Under the pieces are notes generated by a model. The model was not told where the DNA came from and searched no databases. It was given only the letters and a program-made list of their open reading frames with translations. 64,000 nt of DNA from Macrostomum lignano (lineage: Eukaryota), in contig NIVC01001871.1 of NCBI GenBank assembly GCA_002269645.1, forward strand, positions 58,494-122,493, written 5' to 3'. The position numbers were made by a program, and so were the translations under genes. How positions within the stretch are numbered: position 1 is the stretch's first letter; each line of letters begins with the position of its first letter. Positions 25,592-37,619 of the stretch are shown here, piece by piece.

Positions 25592-26031
25592 TAGGGGGCA
25601 ACCGGGATGGCCAAAGTCAGGCCCAGGAATGAGGACTTGGGCCCAGATCGAGCCTTGGGAATTTGGGACAAGATCTTTAGGACAGGTCAATAATTGAAAA
25701 AGAATCATCATAATAAATCTAAATACTTTTAGCATATGTATAGATAACTATTAAATATATAATAAATTTATATTTAATTAAATTTAAATTTAATGTATTG
25801 AGTAAGAATTATTTTTTAATACATTAGTTAAGACTTAAGAATAGACAAGAGTTACATTACAAGACTTAATAGGCCTACTCAAATATTTGCATATGGTTAG
25901 TGCCTTTAAGGAAAAAAGACTTGCCCACTCCCAATTTCCCAACTTTTTTAGGGTCGAGCCCAGGTTGGGCCACAATTTTGGTCAGGATTCCCAACTTTTT
26001 GGGGCTGGGCCTGGGACTAGGTTGCCCTCTA
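25592..26031. mobile_element. hAT-like MITE (440 bp)
   Basis: 12-bp terminal inverted repeats TAGGGGGCAACC (25592) and GGTTGCCCTCTA (ends 26031), 11/12 match. Flanked by an 8-bp near-duplication ACTAAAGG / ACTAAATG; 8-bp target-site duplications are typical of hAT elements. AT-rich non-coding core. Confidence 0.75.
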
Positions 26032-26742
26032 ACTAAATGTAACAATGGCCAGTTGCACTAGCCATAGCCATCAACATGGTTTTAATTAAAAATTAGGCCT
26101 ATTAGTAGTAGTAGTAAGTTGGCTCAGGCAAGAAGCCTGTTTGGCCAGTATATTTCTGTGTATTTAAGTTATTTTAGCATTAGTTGTTTAATTACGATTA
26201 AGTTCAAAAGGTTAAATTTGTTCAAAAGGTTAAATTTTTACACGAGTTACGATGCAAGTTACGATATTTGTAAAATTATTTAGGTATTTGAAAGAGCGTT
26301 TTTTGTAAAAAGATATAGTATTTTGCAAGCGCGCAATATTTCAAAGCGTGAAAAATGAACGAAAAATGAACAAAAACGAACTTTGAAAGAACTTTACGTT
26401 AAACAAATTTATTAGGTCTTAGGCCTATCTTACTTTTAAAAGACTTAACTTTTTGTAACTTTTTTTATAAAAGTTGCCTTTTATTTACTTTTTGTCTTAT
26501 TAGTTAGCCAGATTGGTTGGGTCAGCCAATGGTAATAATTACATATGCTATGTATAAAATGCTTACTTAAGGAATCAATCAAAAACTATAAACATTTGTT
26601 TTAATTCACTTAAGTCTATTCTAATGGTATGAGACTATAGAACTAGGACCTATATCCTATTTGTTTGCTAAAACAGTTTTATATCATATTAAAATTTTAA
26701 TGTTATTAGTACTTAACCATATATTCTGCATCCCTTTTGCAG

Positions 26743-27938
26743 GCTGTCATTGCTTCTATTGCTAAATCGGCACTCAGTGCCCACTGCCCACAGCCACACT
26801 ATGTTCGCGAGTACACCTTGGTGTTGCTGCGCAGCCAGTGTGGCAGCCAGATACTGCTGGGCTATAAGAAGCGTGGATTTGGTCAAGGCAAATGGAATGG
26901 ATTTGGCGGGAAGGTAGGGCTGGGAAACTGAAGACTGGGGAATTGCTTTGCTTTTGTAATCCTTGCTCATTGTTCTAGCTTACTGTTTACTGTATTTATA
27001 AATTGCTGATCTCATTCAACTGATTAATGATCACCTGTCTTAGACTGCTTATGATCCTATCTCTCTGATAATTGATTCCATCTGTTGGATATTTTTGATC
27101 CCATTTACCATGTTGCTGATCCCATCTCTCTGACCATTGATACTATCTCTCTGACCCCTGATCCCATCTTCGTGACCACTAATCGCATCTCTCTGACCCC
27201 TGATATCATCTTATTGACGCCTGATCCCATCTCTCAGACCATTAGTTCGATCTCTCGGATATTGCTAATCCCATCTCTCGGATATTGCTGATCCCATCTC
27301 TCGGATATTGCTGATCCCATCTCTCAGATATTGCTGATCCCATCTCTCGGATATTGCTGATCCCATCTCTCGGATATCGCTGATCCCATTCCGATCTCTC
27401 AGATATCGCTGATCCCATCTCTAACCGCCCCACCCCCCGCCAGGTGGAAGTAGGTGAGACGCCTTTGGCCGCGGCAATCCGCGAGCTGCACGAAGAGTCC
27501 AGCCTTGAGGTGCGGCCGGCCGACATCCGCCTAGCCGGCCGCATGCTGTTCCAATTCGCCGACGAGACTCGCGTATTCCGAGTGCACATCTACACTGGCA
27601 GCCGCTGGACCGGCCAGCCAGTTGAATCGGACGAGATGCGGCCGCGCTGGTTTAATCTGGCCGACATACCGTTCGACAACATGTGGCCGGACGACGCCTA
27701 TTGGCTGCCGAAGGTGCTGGCTGGCCAGTCTGTGATTGGCTACTTTCTGTACGCTGCCGACAAGGTCACGGTGCTGCATCACTGTCTGCGCGACCTGGTA
27801 GAGCCTTTGCGCGGCGATGAGGAATCCAACGAGGCGGCTGATGATGAAGACGAAATTGAAGCTGCCATAGTGAGCAATATTGGTCAGCCCGTCTGCGTCT
27901 GCGGTGCCAACCTGCCAACTCCGCTGCCTGTCAGCTAG
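26743..27938 (+). CDS. NUDT1: 7,8-dihydro-8-oxoguanine triphosphatase (MTH1, Nudix hydrolase); start-codon exon not located
   Basis: Exons 26743-26913 and 27444-27938, phase 0. Motifs: [20 protein letters not shown]|[19 protein letters not shown] (Nudix box), [25 protein letters not shown]. Confidence 0.93.
27060..27421 (+). repeat. 23-bp minisatellite in the NUDT1 intron
   Basis: Unit GATCCCATCTCTCGGATATTGCT; degenerate at the 5' end. Confidence 0.9.
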
Positions 27939-28229
27939 GCTGATTATCAGTTTTTTATTATACTTAGCTTTAGCACTTGTCAAAGTTAAAAAATATTTCG
28001 CATTTAGAAGTCTGTAATAACATTTGTAATCTATTTTTTCTCCTGCCAGTTAGTGCAATCAGCTTCTAACTTATCTTGTTTTATTCAATTGTGTGTAAGG
28101 TGCTACTACTTCAAGTAAGTTTTGTGCTTTTTTCTCAGTTTTAAAATACAACGAGTTATCAATTAATTCTACTTTGTTACGTTCTTGCTTTCCAATTAAA
28201 TTTGTTTATAAAAACGGGAAAAGTCTAAC

Positions 28230-29035
28230 TAAATCGATACTCCAGCTTAGTCTAGTTCTCAACACTAAAATATCGATAATCATCGATCTAACTAAATCGA
28301 TACTCCGGCTCAGTCTAGTTCTCAACACTAAAATATCGATCTAACTAAATCGATAATCCAGCTCAGTCTAGTTCTCAATAGATCGATTATCCAGCTCAGT
28401 CTAGTTCTCAATAGATCGATAATCCAGCTCAGTCTAGTTCTCAATAGATCGATTATCCAGCTCAGTCTAGTTCCCAATAGATCGATAATCCAGCTCAGTC
28501 TAGTTCTCAACACTAAAATATCGATAATCATCGATCTAACTAAATCGATACTCCAGCTCAGTCTAGTTCTCAATAGATCGATAATCCAGCTCAGTCTAGT
28601 TCTCAATAGATCGATAATCCAGCTCAGTCTAGTTCTCAATAGATCGATAATCCAGCTCAGTCTAGTTCTCAATAGATCGATTATCCAGCTCAGTCTAGTT
28701 CTCAATAGATCGATAATCCAGCTCAGTCTAGTTCTCAATAGATCGATACCCCAGCTCAGTCTAGTTCTCAACACTAAAATATCGTTAATTATCGATCTAA
28801 CTAAATCGATACGCTAGCTCAGTCTAGTTCTCAGCACCAAAATATCGATAATTATCGATCTAACTAAATCGATACGCTAGCTCATTCTAGTTCTCAGCAC
28901 CAAAATATCGATAATTATCGATCTAACTAAATCGATACGCTAGCTCATTCTAGTTCTCAGGACTAAAATATCGATAATTATTGATCTAACTAAATCGATA
29001 CTCCAGCTCAGTCTAGTTCTCAGCACTAAACTATC
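28230..29035 (+). repeat. 33-bp minisatellite with longer variant units, intergenic
   Basis: Unit CAGCTCAGTCTAGTTCTCAATAGATCGATAATC. Confidence 0.94.
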
Positions 29036-29072
29036 GGTAGGTATAACCGCCAAATTCAGGTCCTAAGCGTTG

Positions 29073-32000
29073 ATGGATTTATACGAGTCGCCGCTAGGCG
29101 AGCAGCGTCGGTCTCCATGGCAACAGTCGCATAGTCGCGATAGCGGCACGTCAGAACCAAAACTCGATGCCGGCAGCACAGACAGCACTCTGTGGCTGGT
29201 CAGCCGCATCCTGTATCCACTGTTGGTGTGCCTGATCAACTTCTCCCTAGCCATCGGTGCCTGGCTGTGCCTGCTGCACCCGCTGAGGCTCTACCGGCTT
29301 CTCCGCTGGCTGCGGGCCCGCCAAGCCGGCCTTCGATTTCGCCTGGTGCCGCTGGACGGCGCGCACTACCGTCTGGCTGAGAAGGGCCGACCGGACCGGC
29401 TGCGGCCGTCGCTGCTGCTGCTGCACAGCGTCGCCGATGACTGCACAGTGTGGACAGAGTTCGTGCGGCTGGCAGATTCCACTGTTAGTTGGTTAAAAAA
29501 CTTCCTACCTTAATGTAGTAACCATAACCAAATTGCAACTGGGGTGAGGTAACGCTTTTATCACAAGCCCTAAATTTCATATATATAACGCCACATCACT
29601 AAGGGTGGCATAAGGAGGGAGGTACTCTGTAGCTGATGCCCCCTCTGTACTTCTGGTGCCCCTCTGTATCTGGCGCTTCTATGTATCTGGCGTCTCTATC
29701 TGGCGTCCCTCTGTGTCTGGCGTCTATCTGGCGTCTCTATCTGGCGTCCCTCTGTGTCTGGCGTCTCTATCTGGCGTCCCTCTGTGTCTGGCGTCTCTAT
29801 CTGGCGGCCCTCTATGTCTGGCGTCTCTATCTGGCGTCCCTCCATGTCTGGCGTCTCTATCTGGCGTCCCTCTATGTCTAACGTCTCTATCTGGCGTCCC
29901 TCCATGTCTGGCGTCTCTATCTGGCGTCCCTCTGTGTCTGGCGTCTTTATCTGGCGTCCCTCTGTGTCTGGCGTCCCTCTGTGTCTGGCGTCCCTCTGTG
30001 TCTGGCGTCCCTCTGTGTCTGGCGTCCCTCTGTGTCTGGCGTCTCTATCTGGCGTCCCTCTGTGTCTGGCGTCTCTATCTGGCGTCCCTCTGTGTCTGGC
30101 GTCTCTATCTGGCGTCTCTCTGTGTCTGGCGTGCCCGTCTGTATCTGGCGCCCCTCTGTGTCTGGCGTGCCCCTGTAGCTGACGCCCCTGCTTCAGGTGA
30201 CACGACAATTTCCATTTCACTTCAGCACGAGCCGAGATTAACTCGGATTTAATATTCGTATTCATCAATCAATAATTTTAAACCACAAATTTATCAATAC
30301 ACTACATATAGCAGTAGACAGCTAGCCCGTTTCTTAATTAAAATAAATATTTTGTTACTATTTTCCTGGCAGCTTGATCACGTGATCGCCGTCGATCTGC
30401 CGGGCCACGGCGGCAGCCTGGTTAGCTCGGAGGAAGACTTTGATTTCGGCCCGCTGGCTGACAGGATTCGCAAAGTTCTGTTGGCTGCCGGCCTGCCGCC
30501 CAACCAGCGATTGCACGCTGTCGGGTGCGGCGCGGGCGCCGGCGTGGCTCTGGCCTTGGCTGTTGGCTGGCCCAGCCAGGTTGAACTGCTCACCATGGTG
30601 TCTCCGCTGCTGCCGCCGCTGACAACAGGGGATGACGGCACTGGTGTCGGTAAAGACGGCAATGATAGAGCCAGTGACGGCAATGATAGAGCCAGTGACG
30701 GCAATGATAAAGCCAGTGACGGCAATGCTAGAGCCAGTGACGGCGATGATAGAGCCAGTGACGGCAATGATAAAGCCAATGACGGCGATGATAGAGCCAG
30801 TGACGGCAATGATAAAGCCAGTGACGGCGATGATAGAGTCGGTGATGGCAATGATAGAGCCAGTGACGGCAATGATAGAGTCGGTGATGGCAATGATAGA
30901 GCCAGAGACGGCAATGATAGAGCCGATGATGGCAATGATAGAGCCAACTGGCAAAGATACAACAGCGACCTGTACAACTGGCTGCTGCCCTACAATCAGG
31001 ACCTGCTCACTGAGTCCATTCGGCGCCGTTTCTACCGACCAGCGGCCGCTGGTGGACTGTCGATACTCTGGTGGCCGATGCGCTCAGTCTGGCTGTCGGA
31101 CAGGCTGCCTAAGCTGAATTTTTATCGGGCTTTGCTGGCCAATCTGGCTGAAGAGCCTGGCCAGACCGATCTGCTGGCCTTGGCTGGCCGGGTTCGCGTG
31201 CCCGCTCACATTGTCTGGGGCGCGCAGGATGAGGCGAGTTTCAGAATCTTGCATCTTGGGATGGCAGCCTCTGGGAGAGAAAAACTGTAGGGCCTGTATT
31301 GAGCCTGACGGAGAAAAAGGCTGAATCGGGAGAAGAGAGGGGAGAGGAGAAGACAGGGGAGAGGAGAAGAGATGGGATGGGAAAAGAGAGGGGACGGGAG
31401 AAGAGAGAAGAGAGAGGGGATAGGAGATAAGAGGGGATGGGAGAAGAGAGGGGAGAAGAGAGGAGAGAAGAGAGGGGAGAAGGAGAGGGAAGAGGAGATA
31501 AGAGGGGATGGGAGAAGAGAGGGGAGAGAAGAGAGGGGAGAAGAGAGGGGAGAGGAGATAAGAGGGGATGGGGGAAAAGAAGAAAGGGGAGAGGAGAAAA
31601 AATAAGATGGGAGAAGAGGGGAGAGAAGATAAGAGGGGATGGGAGAAGAGAGGGGAGAAGAGAGGAGGCAGAAGAGAGGGGAGAGAAGAGAGGGGGGAGA
31701 AGAGAGGGGATGGGAGAAGAGACTCGTCACGGTTCGTTTCGATCCATTTCGCCTGTTTCGCGAGCGCGTGTGCGCAAGAGCTCACTAGTTTTTCCGTGTC
31801 TCTATCTACGAGTATGAAGAAAGGGAAAGGGAAAGGGAAGGGTAATAGGTGGGATGAAAAAACAGATGTGAGATGAAAACAGACTTTCTGTGCACACGTA
31901 TATAATGAAATTTTATATCTATAGTTAACGCAGGAGGGAGGGTTGGAGCAACAGATGTTGGATGTAGAATCTCAAGACAGTTTTATATTAAGAATGAAAA

Positions 32001-32265
32001 TGGAAAAGCTCTAAAATGGGGAGAGAGTTATTGAGTTGGGGTATAGCAGACTACATTATTCGTGTATTTACAGCTGTAATAACCCTGCGCATTGCAGATT
32101 TCCCCAGCATACAACGCTGACCTGCTGCGCGACCGGCTACAGAATTTGGTACAGTTTGATCTGCTGGACGAATGCGGCCACTGTCCAGAGACTGAGTGTC
32201 CGGGTGTGCTGTATAACTTAGTGCACAAGTTTCGCAAAAATATGTCGATAAAAAAGTATAAATAA
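29073..32265 (+). CDS. ABHD6-like alpha/beta-hydrolase fold protein, probably catalytically inactive
   Basis: Exons 29073-29483, 30373-31233, 32098-32265; intron 2 has a GC donor. N-terminal hydrophobic helix, LLLLHSVADD, VIAVDLPGHG, LHAVGCGAGAG (elbow without Ser), HIVWGAQDE, LLDECGHCPE. This motif order matches ABHD6-type hydrolases. Confidence 0.85.
29655..30180 (+). repeat. 30-bp (13+17 subunit) minisatellite in ABHD-like intron 1
   Basis: TCTGGCGTCTCTA / TCTGGCGTCCCTCTGTG subunits. Confidence 0.94.
30655..30948 (+). repeat. 21-bp minisatellite, 14 copies, in frame within ABHD-like exon 2
   Basis: Unit GACGGCAATGATAGAGCCAGT, which encodes DGNDRAS; no stop in the hydrolase frame. Confidence 0.93.
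31325..31720 (+). repeat. GA-rich polypurine low-complexity tract in ABHD-like intron 2
   Basis: Almost only G and A (GGAGAAGAGAGG-like units). Confidence 0.92.
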
Positions 32266-32340
32266 GTTGGCGGGTTGTTCATTGATTTTTTCAAACTTGT
32301 GTAGATACGCTTCTAAGTACGCGAGCTTTCCTTTTGGCCC

Positions 32341-32490
32341 GAATGTACACCTGCCTTACTCAAATCCCTAACCCGAATGTACATGCCATAGACCAGCCTC
32401 TGCCCCCAATGTACATGCCACAGACCAGCCTCTGCCCCCAATGTACAAGCCACAGACCAGCCTCTGCCCTCAATGTACATGCCATAGACC
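32341..32490 (+). repeat. ~32-bp tandem repeat, ~4 copies
   Basis: AATGTACATGCCATAGACCAGCCTCTGCCCCC-like units. Confidence 0.8.
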
Positions 32491-34374
32491 TTTACATGTC
32501 TTTGCTTCCTATGCACATACATGTGCTTTACCTTGACCAACCTCTCCCCTTAAAGTCGGCTTATACCAACTCTGTTCGGATTTAAATCTCAATTTAAAAC
32601 TGGCATGAATTAGCATGCACAATAGAAAGCTGTTTTTCCTAGCTACTCTGCATTTTTATGACTTACTCTAGTCTCTAGTACTGATCTTGATGCTCTTCTG
32701 TTGCAAAGATTTCTATATAATATTGAATGTGCAAAAATTATTTAAATGAACTGATATTAAATTTGGCTTCCTGTGCTGGGTTTATTTCAAGAAATTCTAA
32801 TTCTACATCTCTATGGTTTTTTCAGCATCAGAATCTGTAGTCCAAATTCAGGATACCAGCTGGCATCAGTCGGAAAATTGGAAAATCAAATAAAAAACCA
32901 GCATCTCTACTCTATCCTTTACACTGTTGGCCTGCAGAAGCTGCAGAAATCTGCAGACTCCGTGTAATAAAGAATAGTCAAATTTTACAATTTAAAAAAT
33001 GGAAATTAAAATTAACTGGCATCCGAGGTCCGTATGTGGAAAACGCATGATCAAAAAAGATTTCTTATTTAAGTCGCTGCGAAGTAGTCCAAACAAGAAG
33101 CCCCGCGCGCATACGGTGGACTCGTGTTATGCTTGCTGGATGGGATCCCCTCCCTGCATTTTCACCTGTCCATGCCAACTCGCGTATGCTGATGCATCAA
33201 TCAATTGTTCCCCAGCTGGTGTTTGGGGCTTCCAGCGCGGGGGGTTTAGGGTGATAAGTTGTCAAACTTTGCCAGCCTGCGCCGGGGCGCGGGACATGAC
33301 AGGCAGGTAAAAATCAAGCAAGAAAACCGACGATGCTGTAACCTGTCGAGCTGTTTTCCAGGCTGCGTCGAACGCTTTGATAAGGTCAGTCGGTGTGTGG
33401 GCAAAGGTAAAGAGAAGCTCCCTGGGAGAAAAATAAGATGAAAAGCGCGTTAAACTGATTCCCTATGCCGCGTTTGCCCAACTTAATTAACTGATCAAGC
33501 TGGCATTGGAATCGGTGAGGGTAGCTTTGCCAAAGGAGCTCAGGACTCGGAAATCTGAAAAGAATTTAAAACGATTTTACAAGCCTTCGATAGGCTGATT
33601 GCAAATTACTATTTCTATAGCGCTAAGCATGTTTCTAGCTAATATTTTCTGTATCTGAAAGGTATATTTTCAGAATTAGATTGATTATTAAGATTAAAAT
33701 CTTAGTTCCGTATGAGGACAATAAAGTATTGAGTCTTTTCCTTTTTCGTTGTTTCTTGGCTTAAACCTTCGGCTGGGACATTGGTCTCGCTGTGGTTTGT
33801 CTATGGTTCAAAACTGCTTCTTAAGCGAAGGTTTGAGAAGACAAATGTTTTATGGTTTACCTGTAGTTCCGAAGGGGCTTAAGCGGACACCAACGGGACG
33901 GCACACCCTGGCTGACGCTGTTAAGTCGTTAGGGAAACGAGGTTGCACCCGACAATACGAAGTACACGCTACGTACTACTCTGACATCGCAAGTGTGACT
34001 GGGACACGGTAGCAACGCTTTAGAGCGCTACATCGGAATTTCTACGAGTCAACAGAAGTTCTTTAGTGCCATCTCAGCCCGGACTGGACACAAAGTGCAT
34101 GTGAACATCTATTAGAGAGTGATTGAATACTGAAAAAGTGTGTTTTTTCGTGCTTCTACGAGTATTAAGTTTCTATTGTATCAAAAAATGGATTATACAA
34201 TACTGATATGGTTGTTACAGTTTTCTGGTAAATGTAAAATTGATTCCCGTCTTTTGTTTCACTTATTGTAGCCGCGAACGGCTGAGGACTCGTTTGTGGG
34301 CCTAGGACTAGATGGCCGAAGCTGTTTGCGGCTATGGATAATTGAAACAAGCCATGCAGGAAAAATACTCGTAT

Positions 34375-34690
34375 GTTTCTGTATAGTCCATGGCCGGGCA
34401 AAAGTGGGGGAATAAATTACATGTTCGTTTCTGTAGACTATGGCCGGGCCCAAGTGGGAAATAAAAACGTTTCTGTAGTCTATGGTTGGGCCCAAGTGTG
34501 GAATAAAAACGTTTCTGTAGTCTATGGTTGGGCCCAAGTGTGGAATAAAAACGTTTCTGTAGTCTATGGTTGGGCCCAAGTGTGGAATAAAAACGTTTCT
34601 GTAGTCTATGGCTGCGCCCAAGTGGGGAATAAATACACATCTCTGTAGTCCATGGCCCGGGCCCAAAGAAGACGCTTCTGTAGTCTCATC
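34375..34690 (+). repeat. 42-bp minisatellite (unrelated to family A), ~7 copies
   Basis: Unit GTTTCTGTAGTCTATGGTTGGGCCCAAGTGTGGAATAAAAAC. Confidence 0.9.
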
Positions 34691-35129
34691 TATAGCCCCA
34701 AAACAATACGACGTAATTGCATTGAACCATAGATATACATAGAGCGGCCAAGTGAAGGAGAAATAATGTAACCGCGATTTATCTCCAGATTACAAACTCT
34801 ATTGGCAAAATTGCAATCAAGTTTGGCCTTATAAGTTCGGAATTCCACGGCAACTGGCCCAGCATTCCTCGCTCCCGGCAACCCACCCCACGGTTTTTCT
34901 GGCCGATAGCGAATGAGGCAGCAGCAGCGGAGAGCCCAATCCCAGTTTTATCCGCCAGCCCGCGCGCCCGCTATCTGAGCCGCACCAAGCTCTTGACACG
35001 GACAAGACCAGCTTCTTTGAAGTTTCAGAAATTTGCGCCAAACTCTTAACTTTGTGTAGGCTTGGCATGAAGCGATCTCACGACTTTTTGGGGCAGACCC
35101 GGTCGCCTCCTATTGGTGAGTTAAACAGA

Positions 35130-36070
35130 CTAACAATCCATTCTATCCCTGTATCCATGATGTAGGTTAGATCAGCAATCCATTCTATTCCTTCATCCAT
35201 GATGTAGGCTAGATTAGCAATCCATTCTATTCCTGCATCCATGATGTAAGCTAGATTAGCAATCCATTCTATTCCTGCATCCATGATGTAGGCTAGATTA
35301 GCAATCCATTCTATTCTCATACATGATGAAGACTAGATTAGCAATCCATTCTATTCCTGCACCCATGATGTAGGCTAGATTAGCAATGCATTCTATTCCT
35401 GCATCCATGATGTAAGCTAGATTAGCAACCCATTCTATTCCTGCATCCATGATGTAAGCTAGATTAGCAATCCATTCTATCCCTGCATCCATGATGTAGG
35501 CTAGATTAGCAATCCATTCTATTCCTGCATCCATGATGTAGGCTAGATTAGCAATCCATTCTATCCCTGCATCCATGATGTAGGCTAGATTAGCAATCCA
35601 TCCTATTCCTGCATCCATGATGTAGGCTAGATTAGCAATCCATTCTATTCCTGCATCCTTGATGTAGGCTAGATTAGCAATCCATTCTATTCCTGCATCC
35701 ATGATGTAGGCTAGATTAGCAATCCATTCTATTCCTGCATCCATGATGTAGGCTAGATTAGCAATCCATTATATTCCTGCATCCATGATGTAGACTAGAT
35801 TAGCAATCCATTCTATTCCTGCATCCATGATGTAGGCTAGATTAGCAATCCATTCTATTCCTTCATCCATGATGTAGGCTAGATTAGCAATCCATTCTAT
35901 TCCTGCATCCATGATGTAAGCTAGATTAGCAATCCATTCTATTCCTGCATCCATGATGTAGGCATGATTAGCAATCCATTCTATTCCTGCATCCTTGATG
36001 TAGGCTAGATTAGCAATCCATTCTGTTCCTGCATCCTTGATGTAGGCTAGATTAGCAATCCATTCTGTTC
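35130..36070 (+). repeat. 42-bp minisatellite family A, second array, ~22 copies
   Basis: Same unit as 1-703. Confidence 0.97.
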
Positions 36071-37619
36071 TAATCAGGGCCTTTTGTCGCAGGGATGTCC
36101 AGACATTCTGATCATGCTCATCATTTCGTTGCTCCTCCTCACTCTTCGAAATTCAACTGTCAATTGCTGGGTTTGTTAGCGATCAAGTGCGACCTGGGAT
36201 CAAATTGAATACTAATTTTCTAAGAATTTCGTGGTCAAGATCAGCCAGATTGCAGACCTAGCTGTAATCTCCTATCTCCCTCCGTGGTCTTTGTGGCCGC
36301 CAGTCTTTGTCCGGCGTTAACGGTCCATCAAATCTCTGTCTGCGGCGGCCTCCCCCTCCCGCCGCTTGTTTTCCAGCGCAACCTGTTCATCAGGCAGGAC
36401 CATGGGAGAAATCGAATTTAGGGATCGAATCATGTCTGCTGCCCCATCCCCCGACGCGCTTCAAGTGTCTGCATGCACCGGCGGCAACTTTTTTCTTTCC
36501 CATCTTTCTCTTCTTTTTTCCCCAGCCCCCTGGTTTCCTCTCTTTTCATCGCAGTTGCCAAGGGCGCCTCCATTCATCCTTGACGGTTGTGGCAACCCCC
36601 CTCTCCACCTCACTGATTCTTCCCAGATCTGCCAGCTTCCCAGAAGGCCAATTATCTCCCAAAGCTTCATCGTGAGCAATCGCTTTATGTAAGATGCTTC
36701 GCAGCTACGGTGTCCCGGGTGCCGCTCCGCCCCCGTCCCCCAACACCCCCCCTGGCGCTTGTGTTTACCCTCCGCCAGGTTCCTCTGATCCCATCCTCCG
36801 CTGCCTGCATCAGGCTGCTTCATCATTTTGCCAGCTTCCCCCTTCACTTTCCCGCGCTTTCGGTTAGCAACTAAAATCCTGCCAGAGGCCACCACTGAAT
36901 GATGATTATTATTAAGATGATGGGACTTATCACTGCGCGCATCTATACACACACTTATACACACGGTACGTGACAAGTCTGACCGCCTTTAGCAAGTGGG
37001 TTCGAATCGCAGAAAATCCCTGAAAATTTATTGCCCAATACTTGGCTAATTATTGCAGGGTGAAATCGAGCTGCACTAACTAATCAAAATCGTTTCTTGT
37101 CAAGATTTCTGTTTCTCCTGCAACTTGTTCAGCTTCAGGGAAATGTCTGCTTATAGTAGTTTGCTGTGTAGGTGCAGTGCGTGCTGCTTGCAGTGATCCA
37201 CTGTCCATACATTGGCCGCGGTCATCCATCACCGCGAGAGCCGCGTGGGCTTCGGGCTGCCACCTCTGCCACCCCGAGTTTTCAACACGCGCCGATCTAG
37301 TCCGAGGGAAAAAAAGAGGAAAATAGGGCTCCTACGTTTATCCCTTTTGATTTCCTGCCTATTTTTCTGCTTCTTTATTCGATAATCAATTTGCGTCTTG
37401 CGCGGCGCGCTTGCGCAATTTATTTGCTAGATGATCTTCGCTGTGCATCACAGATTGTTAGCGACTGCTGGTTCGGTTCTTTGCGAACTTTTTTTATTCA
37501 CTGATAAACTCACTGCTGTGGGGCTACTTTGGACCCCTTTGTTTATCATGTTCACTGGGTTGCTTCTTAGTTCCAGCTAGCGCCTCCTCTGCCGCTTCTG
37601 TCCGCAGCTTTTCCACCTG

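Noticed and set aside
33700-34150. Unique-looking stretch as a possible transposon or viral remnant or ncRNA
   Set aside because: All frames are interrupted and I recognise no motif; a database search is needed.
35078-35954. MDAGIEWIANLAYI 14-aa repeat ORFs (also 46684-46974)
   Set aside because: The 42-bp unit is a multiple of 3, so open frames are expected; there is no flanking unique coding sequence.
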